Shown in pieces: positions 24,943-38,590 of a stretch of 64,000 nt of DNA (its first letter is position 1; the number at the start of each line of letters is the position of its first letter). The notes beneath the pieces are model-generated. The model was not told where the DNA came from and did not search any database. It was given only the letters and a program-made list of their open reading frames with translations. The position numbers and the translations under genes were made by a program. Source of the stretch: Geosiphon pyriformis uo1 (taxonomy: Eukaryota; Fungi; Glomeromycota); contig JAAOMT010000009.1 in assembly GCA_016748015.1 (NCBI GenBank), positions 2,030,200 through 2,094,199 of the forward strand, in the 5' to 3' direction.

Positions 24943-27900
24943 GGTTGGATAAAAAAATTTTTAAGAAAATGTTTTATTCCGAATTTGCAAAAAAGCAAAT
25001 CAGTTAGATATGGAATCGGGGGAGGGGGGGGGCAGAAAAGCTTGACTATAAATTTTGAAGTGATCCGATAAATGAAGGGTAACTTATAGATCACGATTAC
25101 TATATCACCGATCGGGATGCGGTTAGCGGGCTGGTTCCTAGCTCGCAGGTAATTGGAGCTTATAGGGCTATTTTGGTTAAGATATTAATTAATTTGTGGC
25201 GAAGTTTCAAGTAAAACCAGCAGCGAACAAACCTTTTTTGGGGACAAAGTTAACAAACACATACAATTTATACTTGACGACTAGATAAAAAATACTAATG
25301 ATTTCATAAACGTATATAAATGATATTAAATATTGATTCAATATTTTTATTTGAAACAATGCGTGCGAATATAATCGTTCTTTAAATGTTATCGCTTACT
25401 TGAGCCGAGGTTGAGTGAGTAATTTCGATAATTCTTTAAATTTAGGAATTAAAGTTTGAGTTAATTTGACCCGAAAGTAATTTTTTTGAGTTTCAAAGTT
25501 TGGAAATCGGATGATAGATTTTTGCTAAATATGGAAAAATGAGTCTAGTTTCCGAAGAAAAAAGATGATAACTCTTATCTCAAATTTCGCAAAATATTTT
25601 GATCCAAACAAATAATTTTGAAGATCATGGTGATGATGACGATTATGATGATTGTGATGATGATAATGATTATGATGATTATTTAATGACGTTTACCATT
25701 AGATATAAACGGAGAAATTCATCAAAATTAATAAAAAGTGTATGAAAAACAAATTTATATAACAATTCTAAACTAATAAATATCTTTACTTTGGGTGACG
25801 GAAAAACATTGATATTATATTGCTAAAATCAATACTTATTATTATGATTATCAATCACTAAAAAGACAAGAGAATTTTAGAGGAACAAAGTTTCACCCAG
25901 GAATTTATAGATACGATAGATGTTCGATTGATCACGAATAGGAAAATTTTCATTTGAAAAGGATGCGAGAATTTAGAGATTGGCAAGATATCGAGTCCGA
26001 ATTGCTCAACTATATTAATAACTAGTCTTCACTCTTGTTATTCCCCCCAGCTGTTGACCAAGAGGTTTGAAACTATAAAATAAAAAAGTAATGATTGGTT
26101 TAATAAAAATAGACCGGGGAAATTTATAAAATTTTCAAAAAATTGGTGTATGACTGATAATGTTTAACTAGGATAATATTTATTTTTTAATCTATGAACT
26201 CTTGCTTAAAATTACCAAACCCCTCGAATTGATAAAAAAATTGCAAATAAAACAAATTTTATGATTTTGATTCATAAAACCTTTCTTAAGAGAAAGTAGC
26301 GAAAAATTTTCAATTATTAAAAGTTTTTATTAGTCAAGATTTTGAATGTTCATTTATTATTAATAAATTTTATAAAGAAAAAAAAACGTGTTATTTTTTA
26401 AAATTACTAAAGATAAGTTTGTTGAAATTAAAGAAAGGTTAATATTTGACTAAAAAATTTTTAATTAAAAATAATAATAATTAAACATTAATGAAAGAAA
26501 TTTTGCTAAAAATGAAAACAAAACAGTTTTATCTTTTTTCATAAATAGTATTTTTTTGATATAATATTAAAAACAAAAGATAAACTGATTTAAGATAAAA
26601 AACAAATTTAAAACTTACCAAATATGTCAACAAATATAAAAAATGTCATCTACTTTGACGGTGTTTTTAAATAAAAAGTATAATGTAATAATTTTCATAT
26701 TTGTAAAATAAATATTTCATGACTTGGTTCATTTATTAAATTAACTTTTTATGTTTAAAAATTAATTTTTTATTATATTTATTACTATTCTTTAAAATTG
26801 ATTTCTTAATTTTAAAATATTTTTCATAATTAAAAAAATAAGAATATTTAAATGTATAAATCTTGTGAATAAGACTTTTTTTTATAATTAAGATTGATTT
26901 ATAAAAATTAATATTAAATATAATTTTGAAAATTTTATTTTATTTTATTTAGAATATTTAACTTTCAACAAATATTGTTTTTATATATAAACTATTAATG
27001 ATTAGGTTAAATTGAAAAATTAATAAAAGTTTAAACAAATTAATAAATAAATAAATAAATTTTAAAAAAAGTTTCAAGTAATCAAATCATTATAAACACA
27101 AAATATTTAATTCAAATTAAATTGTTAAAGTAAATTTTTTTATTCAATTTTTGATGTTTTACAACTTATTATTTTTTATATCAGTTTTAAATATTGAAAT
27201 TAATGATGTAGTTTAAATTATTTAAATGTTTAATGATTTATATTTTAATGATTATTTTAAATGAAGAAATTTTGATTTAAATTACCAGATTATTAAAAGT
27301 GAATACAAAATTTTAGTCGAAATTTTCAAATATAATATTAATATAATATATAATACAATCTAATTTCATTATATTTAATATTATGAATTTCATTTATTTA
27401 TGACATTATTTTGAAAATCACAAATTTTTCTACTATGGTAAGTTGATGTTAAATAATATTAAAATTCAAGTTAAAAATGACAGAAAATTTTGTTTAACTC
27501 ATTATAACATTTATTATTATATACAAATATTACACATAATCTTTAATGAAAAATTTTACTATTAAACTACAAATTGCTAGACAAGGTATAATTTTAATAT
27601 ATATAAAAAATTTCGAGTTGCTGTCAATCAAAATACTTTTTTCACTTTAATGCTTTATTTCATTTTTATTAAGAATATTAAATTTTGGTATTTTTTCAAA
27701 TATTTAGACTTCTAAATCCTAGAAATTCGTGTCTTTTTAAAATTTCCTTTTCTATTTAAAAATAAATGTTGTATTTTAACACCTTTTTGATTTATTTTTA
27801 GATATTAAGATGATGAAGAGTAAGTGAAAATTTTCTATTATCTATTTTCGGAGATTTTATTGTGTAAGGTAAAAAAAAAAAAAAAAAGAAAAGAAAATAC

Positions 27901-28518
27901 TTTCTAAAGTAATACAATATCGTTATCCTTGTGTTAGAACGCTCCTGCGATATTTACAATAACTTTATTTAAAACTGGTCATCTCAATTGCTTAAAAAGA
28001 ACTCTCTACAAGGCAAAATTTTAATCTCTGAATATCTACACCAAAAACTAAAAGAAGTTCTCCCGGAAAGCGAACCAGTTCCGATTCCCTATATTTAGAT
28101 CCGAACCGAAACTAACCAAACAGCAGTATATTGGTAGCCTCTGAAAAGAAAATGAACCTTTAGCAGGTAACATTTTCCGAATTCACAAGGCGCTAATTTT
28201 TAATTCATGTCGACCGAATAGTAGTACCTACCATTAAAAAGATGTGGAGTAAAAAGGTTTCGATAAAAAAAGTAATTAAAAGGAACATTTTATCTTAATA
28301 AATGAAAATTTGTAGTTCGAACCTTTCTTTATCAGATATATGACTTGGTTAAAAGAGATTCTTGAAAAAATTCTCAATTACAAGATCAAAAAATTGAGCG
28401 ACATATTTTCTATATAAAACGATAAATATTTTCATGAATAAAAACCACCTTTCATTTAATTTACGAGCTTTGAAAGAAAAGACTTTATCAATTTCTAAAA
28501 TTTATCCAAAACCTTTCA

Positions 28519-28802
28519 ATGGGCAATAATTCAAGCAAAATTCAACTTACAAAGATTTTATAACCATAACTTCCCAACCTTTAAATCGATTGAATTTTAA
28601 CCATGAAAACCTTAGATTTGACAATATGAAACTATTACTAGCATATGAAGTCAACCAAAGAATTACTCATAATCACAACGTAGAAAGTTTCCCTTTTCCC
28701 TACTATTATACTGCATATGAAAACAAAATAAATCATGTAGTTTCTTCTCAAGCAATGATTACTCATTTGCCAGCCTATCTTGACCAAGAAATTCTTGAAT
28801 GA
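28519..28802 (+). pseudogene. Possible frameshifted small gene starting MGNNSSK
   Basis: TATA-like TATATAAAA at ~28411 and ATG 28519 encoding MGNNSSKIQLTKIL*. A different frame is open from 28530 to 28802 (...NFNHENLRF...LPAYLDQEILE). No GT-AG intron explains the shift. Confidence 0.3.
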
Positions 28803-30035
28803 AACTGCAACATCAAAGATATATGAAACTGTATCAAAATAATCCCTATTTGAAAATTCCAAAAATTTACTTCTCGCTGAAAGTATGTTAATAAACTATT
28901 CTGTAAATGTCATTTTGAATATATTGGATATGAAATCAACGAGAGAATAAATTTAAATATAAAATGTTTGTATAGAAATGGGTGTTTGAATGTGCTGGAA
29001 GAGGTTGATTTGAAAATATTTGCCTCTGTTCAAGATTTTGAGAGGTGAACAGCAAAATCATTAATTGGATTTTTTTTTGAATCTATTTTCAAGATTAATC
29101 ATCTTATTATGACCCATTTAATTACAATTCTGTCACAAAGAATTAATTTTTAAATGGTGTTCAAATTTACCATGTAATTCTTTATAATTTTATATCCAAG
29201 GAGTTAATTCGAGTATTTCCAATTAAAATTTAACTTGGTTCAATACTTCAGGATTATTAAATTCTTTGGACTTTTTTATTTTTCCCAATTTAGCACTGAA
29301 CATAATATGCATTGAATGCAGCAAAAACAACTTGATTTTCCAATCGATAAACACTGATTGATTCAAGTTAATATATATCCCAAGATCCAGAGATAACAGA
29401 GTAATATTTGGATTGTGAAGCTCTACAATATTCATAACCAGGACAGAAGGATCTTTCACTTGAAAGTGGAAAAAGGCTTCTTGAAATAGCTCAATTATTA
29501 TATGGAATTGATATTTATTTCCATGTAAATTACCTAACAACAATTTTCCTGAAGACCGAGTGAATCTAGACAGGAAATAATTTGTATTTTTTAACATTTT
29601 CTTGACAAATTCGTTATAATTAATGAAAAAAATGTATAAAAATAATTTTTAAGAAAATGGTAGCATATTTCAAATTTTTATACTAATGTTTTGAATTCAA
29701 TTTCTATTTTCACTTTTAATGGTAACAACATCCTTAACGATATTAACAAGAATTGCGGATACTTTATTTTGAAAACCATCAGTTATCTTAAAAAGTTTTC
29801 TCTTTGTAAATTTCGAATATTTGAATATTAAAAATCGGTTAAATTTCAGAAAAAATAGAATTATTAATTATTTTTTTAATTTAAATATATTCACTAGATC
29901 TCAATTTAAAATTTTGTTGATATTAATACAATATAAGATACAAATATGACTGATAAACAAATACCTTTTTGGCCATTAATTAGTTCCTTTTTAAAGAAAT
30001 AAAAGTTTGTGCAATTACTTTAGGTAAATGATCAA

Positions 30036-33000
30036 TTACTCAAGATTAAGAGCGTGGAATTTACAATCACTTTTGTGGCGTTCATTTCCAAACTGACGGA
30101 TAGCATCAAAATCGGCAAGACATCTAGAAAAATATGAATGGTGCTAAGCTTGAATTCACCAAGAGTACATGAAAAACAATGGTTTGAAGTGAAAAAGTAC
30201 TTACAACCAACAGAACTCATATCCACATCCTGGAGCACGACATGTCATATGTTCACAGCCGCCATTCTTTTCAATTTTGGTGGCACACTTTGGACACCCT
30301 TTGGTCTGTTCATTTATTAGAACATTCGTAGCTTCCTCGGCCTGTCGCTCTTTTTCAGCCTCTTGAAGAGCCCTTTCTTCAGCTTCAGCTTGTTCCTTTT
30401 CTCGTTGTTGTTTCGCAAGTTCATCACCCAGCCGTTGGGTTATTCGTAGAGTTTCGTCGACTTCTTCTGTCTGAAGAAATTTGAGGGTGGCAAGTTCGTT
30501 TTCTTCTTCTTGGGCCCATCGTAATGAATGTCGTTTCTCACATTCAGTACACATTAAATTGGTGTGAATAGGGAGATCGTGTAACACACAAGTTTTTTGG
30601 CCACATTCTTTGCAAGTCATTATCGGTGCATCAACTAATGAAAATCAATGATAATCTTAACATTTGTAAGACAAATTGAGGGATTGATTTTGTGTAATTA
30701 GAAAGAAAATACCTCCTTGGTAATGGATTTGGCCAGCACCACAACTCGGATTTGAGCACCATCGGAAATCGGGCATTCTGGATAGTACCGAGTTTAGGGA
30801 AAGTTTTTGGAATCTGAAATTTTCTACATTTTTAAGTTTCATTGAATTGATCATGGCATTACATGGATAGAGCTTTAATAGCATACCTCGAGAAAACTTG
30901 ACCATTTGTAAATCTTTTCACATCTTCCTCTTGTAATATAACTTTACAACCATGACCACCAGGACAGGCTATGGTAATGTTTCCCTTATCCGATAATTCA
31001 TGGCTAATATGTGTTTTAACACATTTTTTGCAAACATCATCCGGATGAGTACATTGAATGGTTGTTGGGAGGAAGTGCTCAAATGGACGTTCCATTGTAC
31101 AAATTATACACTCTTTTGTTCTGCCTGATATTGTCATCTTGCTCTCGACTGATAATTGCCGCTTCATTGAAGTTTCTCCAAGAAGCTTAGATTTTAGGTG
31201 GTGATCAGTTTCGAATTCCTTCAAGACGAATAATTGATCCGTCATTTGATCCGTGAAAATTGCTCGTTCTTTACCTTTGCTGCTTGGATGCGGCTGATCT
31301 GGGGATTGCTCAAGCGATGCCAACGTGTATGCTGTATTTTCGTCGCATTCCATGCATGAAAGACCATTATAAATTAATCGGTCATGAATGTGACATGATA
31401 ATAGACCACATTTTTTACACTTCAAAAATCCATCTATTGAAGATATGAAGAGAAGAAATAATTTTTTAGCTCCAAGCTAGCTGAAAATCTCCAAATTTAT
31501 TAGGTACCGTATAACTTACCACCCTTAGCATAAAATTGACGAAGATTGCATTGTGGGTTCGCGCAATAATACCATTGTTTACCGACTGATTCTGCACTCG
31601 AGACTGAAGATCCCTTGATTTTTCTTTCTACAATACGTTGATGTGACTCATGTAGTTCAGGGAAGTTTTCTTTGCTTTTGGTCTTTTTGAATGTCTTTAA
31701 CCGATCAATAGTGTTTGGTGAAATATTTGTTTCCATATTAGGGAAACTAAGAGCACAGTCAGGGCATGATACACCAGTTTTAATATTTTCTTGAGTCGAT
31801 ATGGAATTCAATTTATCTAGTTATAGGTATCAAATCATTCGTACTGGAACGATTTTTTAAGGTCAAATCAAACGAATTTTTTTTTTTGAATTATTACCTC
31901 CATTTCCTTGACTCTCCCGGTTGCTACAGACTGGATTTGTGCACCAGTTAAAGTGTGGAATTGTGAACCTCGCCGAAAGTTCTTGGAACCTATAATATTA
32001 TAAAGAGTGTTATTATATACAAAAACAATCAATTGTGCTAAATTTAATTATAAATTACAAGCAAACCTTGCATAAACTTTGAAATCAGCAAGCAGCTTAA
32101 TGTCACGTTCTTCCATAATACGATCACAACCCTTGGCAGCTGGACAAGAAATTTGTGTATTTTTTTTTAACATGACCTCACGCTTTATATGTGTGCTGAT
32201 ACACATTCTACATACATCGTATTGATGTTGGCAAGATAATGTTGCCGGGCTATATTGGAACAAAGGAAGTTGCTGGTGGCAATTTTGACATTCTTGTGTT
32301 AAGGAAATTCTGCTTGTAGATTGTGACCAAAAGTCTCCTTGAGTCTCTATGAACGGTATTTTACGATTTTCTATAATTGAATTAAGATGGTTTGCTGATT
32401 TTTCAATCGGTTTTGGTCTTTGCACCGGCTGTGGCATTAACATTTGCATGATATCCTGGTTTTGAAATGAAATGTTTTCGATGGATCTTTGTGGCTTATA
32501 ATCTGTGTGAATTAATGATTGCATTTGCTCAATATAATTTTGTGGTTGATAGGCTTCTGGTTTGGGCGGCACAGGGGGTGGGGTATGTCTGTGGACTATA
32601 TTGATCAACGGCTCGTTGTCTGAACGATTATCTTCTGAGTGCAAATCCACAGACAATTCATGATCAGAATCATCAATATCTTGATCACTTCCCTCATTAT
32701 CTGTTTCAGATCCTAAATGTGATGGTGATGGTGATGGTGAACCATCAATAACCCCAACTAGATCTTGAATATTTTCAGATGTAGAGGAAGTTGATGACTG
32801 TACATAAGAAATAGTGTCGTCATGTAAATCGATTAGTGATTCCTCATGTCTTGGCTTCGAGTGGAACGCCCTAACCGTGTTTTCGGATTCTGCGAAAGAA
32901 GTTTGAGAGGTAGTTACTCCGGCTTGAAAATTTCCTTCTGTTATATTAGCATAAAAATTTCTTTCGTTAATCACCGACGACTGGTTTTCGTAGTCACTAC

Positions 33001-33409
33001 CATAATAAACTTCGGGTTCTTTTGTCCAAGCTTTCTCAGTAAAGTCATTAACAAGCTGCCTCAATTTACTAGTTCCTTTTGATTTCCCTTTCTTGAATTG
33101 TTTAAAAGCACCCCTCTTTTTCCCGCCTCTTCCTAAATTCACTGTTTCATCCGATGATATATATCGAGATGGGCCTCTTTGGGGTTGAATTCCGCCATCA
33201 TTGACAAGATTAGCTCGCCGATTTCGAACAAAGCGAACGTTAGGGTTTTCTTCTATAGGAATATCCTCAAGGACTGCTGACAAGTTTCTCGTAATATGGT
33301 GGTTATTGTGGGCTTCATTTGATGTTTGATTCCGTTCCGCGTGAAATCTTGGCCAATCTATTTCAATATGATTGATAGTTTCCATAAATCTACTCGTTTC
33401 ATTACCCAT
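30036..33409 (-). CDS. RBR E3 ubiquitin ligase copy B: long N-terminal extension, RING1-degenerate IBR-IBR-RING1-IBR-charged helix-RING2, 7 exons
   Basis: MGNETS..., acidic region, [33 protein letters not shown]|FQEL..WCTNPVC..|..CPDC...CANPQC..|..CKKC..CHIH..CMEC...[24 protein letters not shown]|[13 protein letters not shown]..|..CKEC..CVLH..CTEC...[31 protein letters not shown]|[28 protein letters not shown]. All junctions are GT-AG and in phase. Confidence 0.9.
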
Positions 33410-36400
33410 ATTTTCAAAAAAATACTTTCACTTGCGAACTGGATATCAGTTGTGTTAATGTACTTGTTCAAAGGTTAAAGCAGTCAATAGCGTGTGAAAA
33501 GTGGGAAATTCTTACGATTGTCTTTTTTCGAATGTTGTCGTAAAACCATTTCGATCAACACATCGTAAGTGACTTATTTTTAGATGAAATTTTCTGTTTT
33601 TTTTATCATTTATGGGTTAAATCGGCCTTGTCTCAAGTTAATTATTTCCAAAAGGGTTTCGCATTCCCCAAACAATTTCCCAGTTTGGTAAATTTATTAG
33701 AAATGAACTCAAAATATTTTGACGGGATAAATTTATGCTCTTTTGATCCACAAAGTTCTTTAAGATTATCAACAGATTCTTTGGGCTAGATCAAGCATTC
33801 ATATGCATACAGTTTATATATCATATCCTAATGTGGTAAAAACCGATCTATTGTTTTGTATATTATCCCATTATCGTAACTTCCACACGACAAGTAATTT
33901 GTCAAATTGATCGTCTAAACAGGATCTTCTTTCCTAAAATGGCTCAAACTTTCTTCCGTCAATATCTGGCGGTTGTCTATCTTGGGCTTAGATTAAATGG
34001 CAAATTGTTTGTCAATATTTTGCCAGATAACAATTTTCATTGACGATTATTCATTTATTGATTTGTTTTTTTGCCTTTGTTTATTCTAAGAAGCATTACA
34101 AAATAGCCAAGGCATCCATTTTACTATATTGTAGCATGTAAAAATGTTAAAGAAAACCTCTAGTTATGGATAACCAATCGACTTTGAATAGATAAAATGA
34201 TAAAAAGCTCATTAATAATGAGGTTAGAACAAACTCTCTAGCTTTAAATGGAAACCCCAGAATTTAGAATTAAGAGATCAAGTGCAGATTTGTTTGGAAA
34301 TTTTCATAAAATTTAATTATTTTTTCTCTATTATCTCTTTGTGCATAGGCTGTTTTCCATATTAGGGAAAATGTTTACAAGAAAGAGATTAAAGACAATA
34401 TTTTATGACCAAAGAAAGCATTTTTGTCATTGGAATTTCAGCTGAAACATCCTAGGCAAAGTTTTTTTGAAATATATTATTATGAACGAGTTAATTTATA
34501 TTTTTTAGAAAATGACTTCATATACCATTTTTCAATTTTTGCCGCTTCAATTTTCCGCTGGTCAGGGTCTAATAGCTTGATTATTTCATTCTCGAGATAA
34601 AAAATATTAGGCTATATTAATTAAAACAGTATCTTATTAAAAACTTCTTGTTTCAAGTGATTTTTAATATATATCTATCAAAGCTTATGGGATATTTGGA
34701 AAAAACCCCCAAAAACCAAAAAGTGATGTAGCATTCGGAACTGCAAATTAAAGATAAAACTGTATGAACTACAGTAAATTACAATTACCTGAATTCCCAA
34801 ATTATAATCCCGGGCTTGAGTGGATTATTTTTTAAAATTTGAAGTTTATAAACAGGGAGGTTGGGACTTTGCTTGGTAAAAAAATATAGCAAAAAAAGTG
34901 AAAACCGTGCTAGCTTTGGAGTTAAGAATTTTCGAGAATTCGAGTAAAAATGAATCTAATAATTCATTCTCACAATTGATTGACACATTCATAATTTTTC
35001 TTATGAAATAACATATTTTAACATCTGTTATTCTTCAAAATATTTAATTTGTAATTATGCATGTTTTCTAGTGATATAAAATTTATGCCTTAAAATGCAA
35101 GAACTTGAGAGAAAATTAAAGAATTATTATATTTTATATTGATACTTTTAAAGTATCTCATTAAAACTCTTCTGTAAACACTAAAAATTTGATTAAATTG
35201 TTATTTTAATTATTTTAACCAATTTAAATAATAGTTTGAATTAACAAGAAAATATTATACAACTTTTAGTAAATATATATCAAAGTACAAATATAAAAAT
35301 AAAACAATATAAATAAAGTATTTATTAATAAAAGTAAATATCTGTTTATAAAATAATCAAAAAAAGATATCAATATTTTTTGTTGTATCTGTAATAAAGA
35401 TTCAAATTGAATAATTTTAAAACTAGTAAAAAGAAAAAAAGTAATAAAACTAAAAAGTACCAAAATTGTATACATAAATTGTTGCATCTTTTTTAATTAT
35501 ACAAAAAATTCAAATGTCAATACTTTTTTACTCAAACTTCTTAAATTATTTGTATTAAATAATTTTAAATTTTAATATAATTTGAAATATATAAAATTAA
35601 TGCAAATTGTTAAAAAAACTCCAAAAGAATTTTAATATTATTAATTGTACTAAAAGTTTTTAATTATAAAGTAAAATTAAATAATATATAAATAAAATAC
35701 ATGTAAAATTTTACTTGAATAAAAAAACTCATTTTTTAATATTGTTTTCAAATAGTTTTCATATGTTTAATAAAAAATATTATAGTTAATTTTTTAATAA
35801 TTTAAACTTTTTTACTTAATTCAATTATTTAAACAAATATAATATAATTTAAAATATGTAAAATTTGTTACATTAAAATCCAAACAAATTTGTACAATTT
35901 TATTAATCATTTTATTATATTTCAAGTTATGCAAATCATGTTACAATAAATTTACTTTTAAATACCAAAAAATAAAGTTATTGTATAGTATTTGTTTGGT
36001 TAATAAATAATGCTCAAATTATTAAAATTTTTACAATTTATTAATATATGATTTATTTTTAATTTAAATTTTTAATAATTTAATGTAAATAACAAATTAT
36101 AAAGAATCAAGTATTTGTTTTTTAATAAAATAATTTTTTATATTACTTGTTTATTTTTTATATGTTTTTCTTATATTATCAATATACTCAAATTTATATA
36201 TTAGTTAATATTACTAAATATTTTTTACAAGTAATATATTAATTGAAAAATTATGTGCATTTTTTGTCAAAAAGTAATATATATTTTTATGAAATTTAAT
36301 CTTTATTTATTGGTTTACAATGTGTTTTGATTGTTTTTCTTTTTTACTTTTGTTTTTTTGTTAAATTGAAGATTTTATACAATATTTGATAATTCAAATA

Positions 36401-37013
36401 TAATTTAATTAAAATTGAATGGTTATTAAAATAAGCAAAGATTTTAGCATATATTAGTTTAAAACACTTAATTGATTGATTGGTTCAAATATGTTTTTTT
36501 TCAAAAATTTTAAGATATAATCCAAAAATTAAAAATTCCGGAAATGCCGTTTTGTTATTTTGCTCTTTAATAGTAATTATGTAAAAGTTATTTTTTAAAT
36601 AATACTTAGTTGAATATATAAATTTGAATGAATTGGTTTTTTTTTCATTTGTATTTTTATTTATTTATTTATTTTACAGGTTTTAAAGTTACCTGGAAAA
36701 TGAGTAGTTTTGATTAAGTTTCTTCATGAATGATTGTATAAATAAAAAAATTTTTATTTGTTTTATGTAATAAGAGGATTTTGTGAATAATTGAGAATCT
36801 ACCAAGATAGAAATAAAAAATACCTTTTAGCTGAAGTTGTCAATTTCTTTGAGAATATATCATTATAGTGAAAAAAAATTTTGACTACACTTTTTTTCTT
36901 TTAACTAAATGGTAAATTTGTTTATAAAACTCGAGTTTTAATAAAATGATAATAAATTCCAAGTTGAAACCAAAGAAATATATATTAAGAATAAGGATTA
37001 CAAGTGAATATTT

Positions 37014-37045
37014 ATGCTAAATGAAACAGCCGTTTCATTTAGCAT
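37014..37045. repeat. Perfect 14-bp inverted repeat (hairpin)
   Basis: ATGCTAAATGAAAC-AGCC-GTTTCATTTAGCAT. Confidence 0.9.
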
Positions 37046-38590
37046 TCAGAATTTTGCATATTTTTATTGAATTTAAAAATTGTTGGAAAATAAATATTTT
37101 AATTGAAAACTAAAAATACAGTTTAAAATATTTGATTTCCTAAATTTAAGGAAAATTAGTAAATTAAAAACTTTTTTTTATTTTTAAACATCTTTATAAT
37201 AATTCGTTTTGACAAAAAAAATTTAACTTTATATTGTTAATCTCATCTAAGAAAAAAGAGCGAAAAGAACGTAAATAATCATATGCAAAGATTCAAAAAT
37301 CATTATTGACTAATCAATAAATATATAATGTTAAAAATTAATGGATAAAGAATTGGTACCAAAATTGGTCATCAACTTGTTTATATTTTTTCTTTCCAAA
37401 TATTATTTAAATTAATCATAAAAAAAATATATTTCCTGTTTAGGGAAAAAAACCAAGAACCCATTCAAGAAATGGCAACAATGATTTCTTGTTCAAGCAG
37501 ATAAAAAAGTTGATTTTTTTTCTTAACTAAAAAAGCTACTCAATGGCAGTTTCTTATTTATGCATTACACAGTTTAATCTACCCTTTTTTAAAATCTCCA
37601 GATCTTTCCTAAAATTTAACTACATGAAGCAAGGGATAGCTTCATCTTTTTCAACTGCCCTTATAGCAAACTTGAAGATTATGTTTTCACCTGATTCAAA
37701 CGATATGCACTATATAGTTTTATGTTACAGTAAATATAACACATTAATACCCGTGTTTCTAACATTTTAAGACTCGCTTTTCAGATGAGGTTTCAGCAAA
37801 AAACATCAAAATTATTAGACATTAATTTCGTATTTATCCGAAATTGATTAATTTTTATTCATCGCTATTCCCTGATGTTATATAATTAGCTTTTTTCTTT
37901 CGAAACAAGTATTTCAAAATTGAGATGTTTTAGACTTAACTTGTTTTAGACTCCCGGACCTAAAAGATTGTTTAGTTGATTTGACGCAGTTCAACGTTCC
38001 ACCAAACACACTTAGTTCAATTGGATGAAACTAACCTCTTCATGTTGTTCAAAAATAATTTTATATTCAAAAAAATCCTTTGTCTAATTTCCAAAAAAAT
38101 ATGCTGTGTATTTAATGTGCCATATCACGAGAAAATGAATAAATTTAATTTCCTGTTTGCAAATAAAACCTTCTTTTAAGGATTTTCGTTGTCTTTCATA
38201 AATTAATTTATCATCGGAAGACAAGTCGAGTTCTCGTATAGACTTTCTTATGAAAGTTCGTCACGAATCCTTGATAGATTGACTTTTTACCAAAAAATTA
38301 ACACCTTTACAAAGTGATATAAAGATAAATTTCTAGTTTGTCAAAATTGTATCAACCCATCGAATTGACAATTTCCTTGTATTATTTGGTAAAATAAGTT
38401 TTATTTTTTTAGACGTAGAATGGTTTGCACAAATAAATTTTAAATACTTGACATTTTTCTCCAACACCGAATTGTGAATATTTGTTTCTTTCCCGAAATT
38501 TAGTATTCTTTTCAAAGAGGATTATTGGCATTCATTCCTGTATTAAATATTTTCTACCACCCACCACACAACCTTCAAAAAGTACTAAAT

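Noticed and set aside
29223-29597. 124-aa minus-strand ORF
   Set aside because: No recognisable motif; the plus strand looks equally like a stop-interrupted relic, so no product can be supported.
35511-35537. Similarity to the right TIR of the 14825-16010 Tc1 element
   Set aside because: Short, AT-rich, mismatched, and no partner TIR or transposase motif was found.
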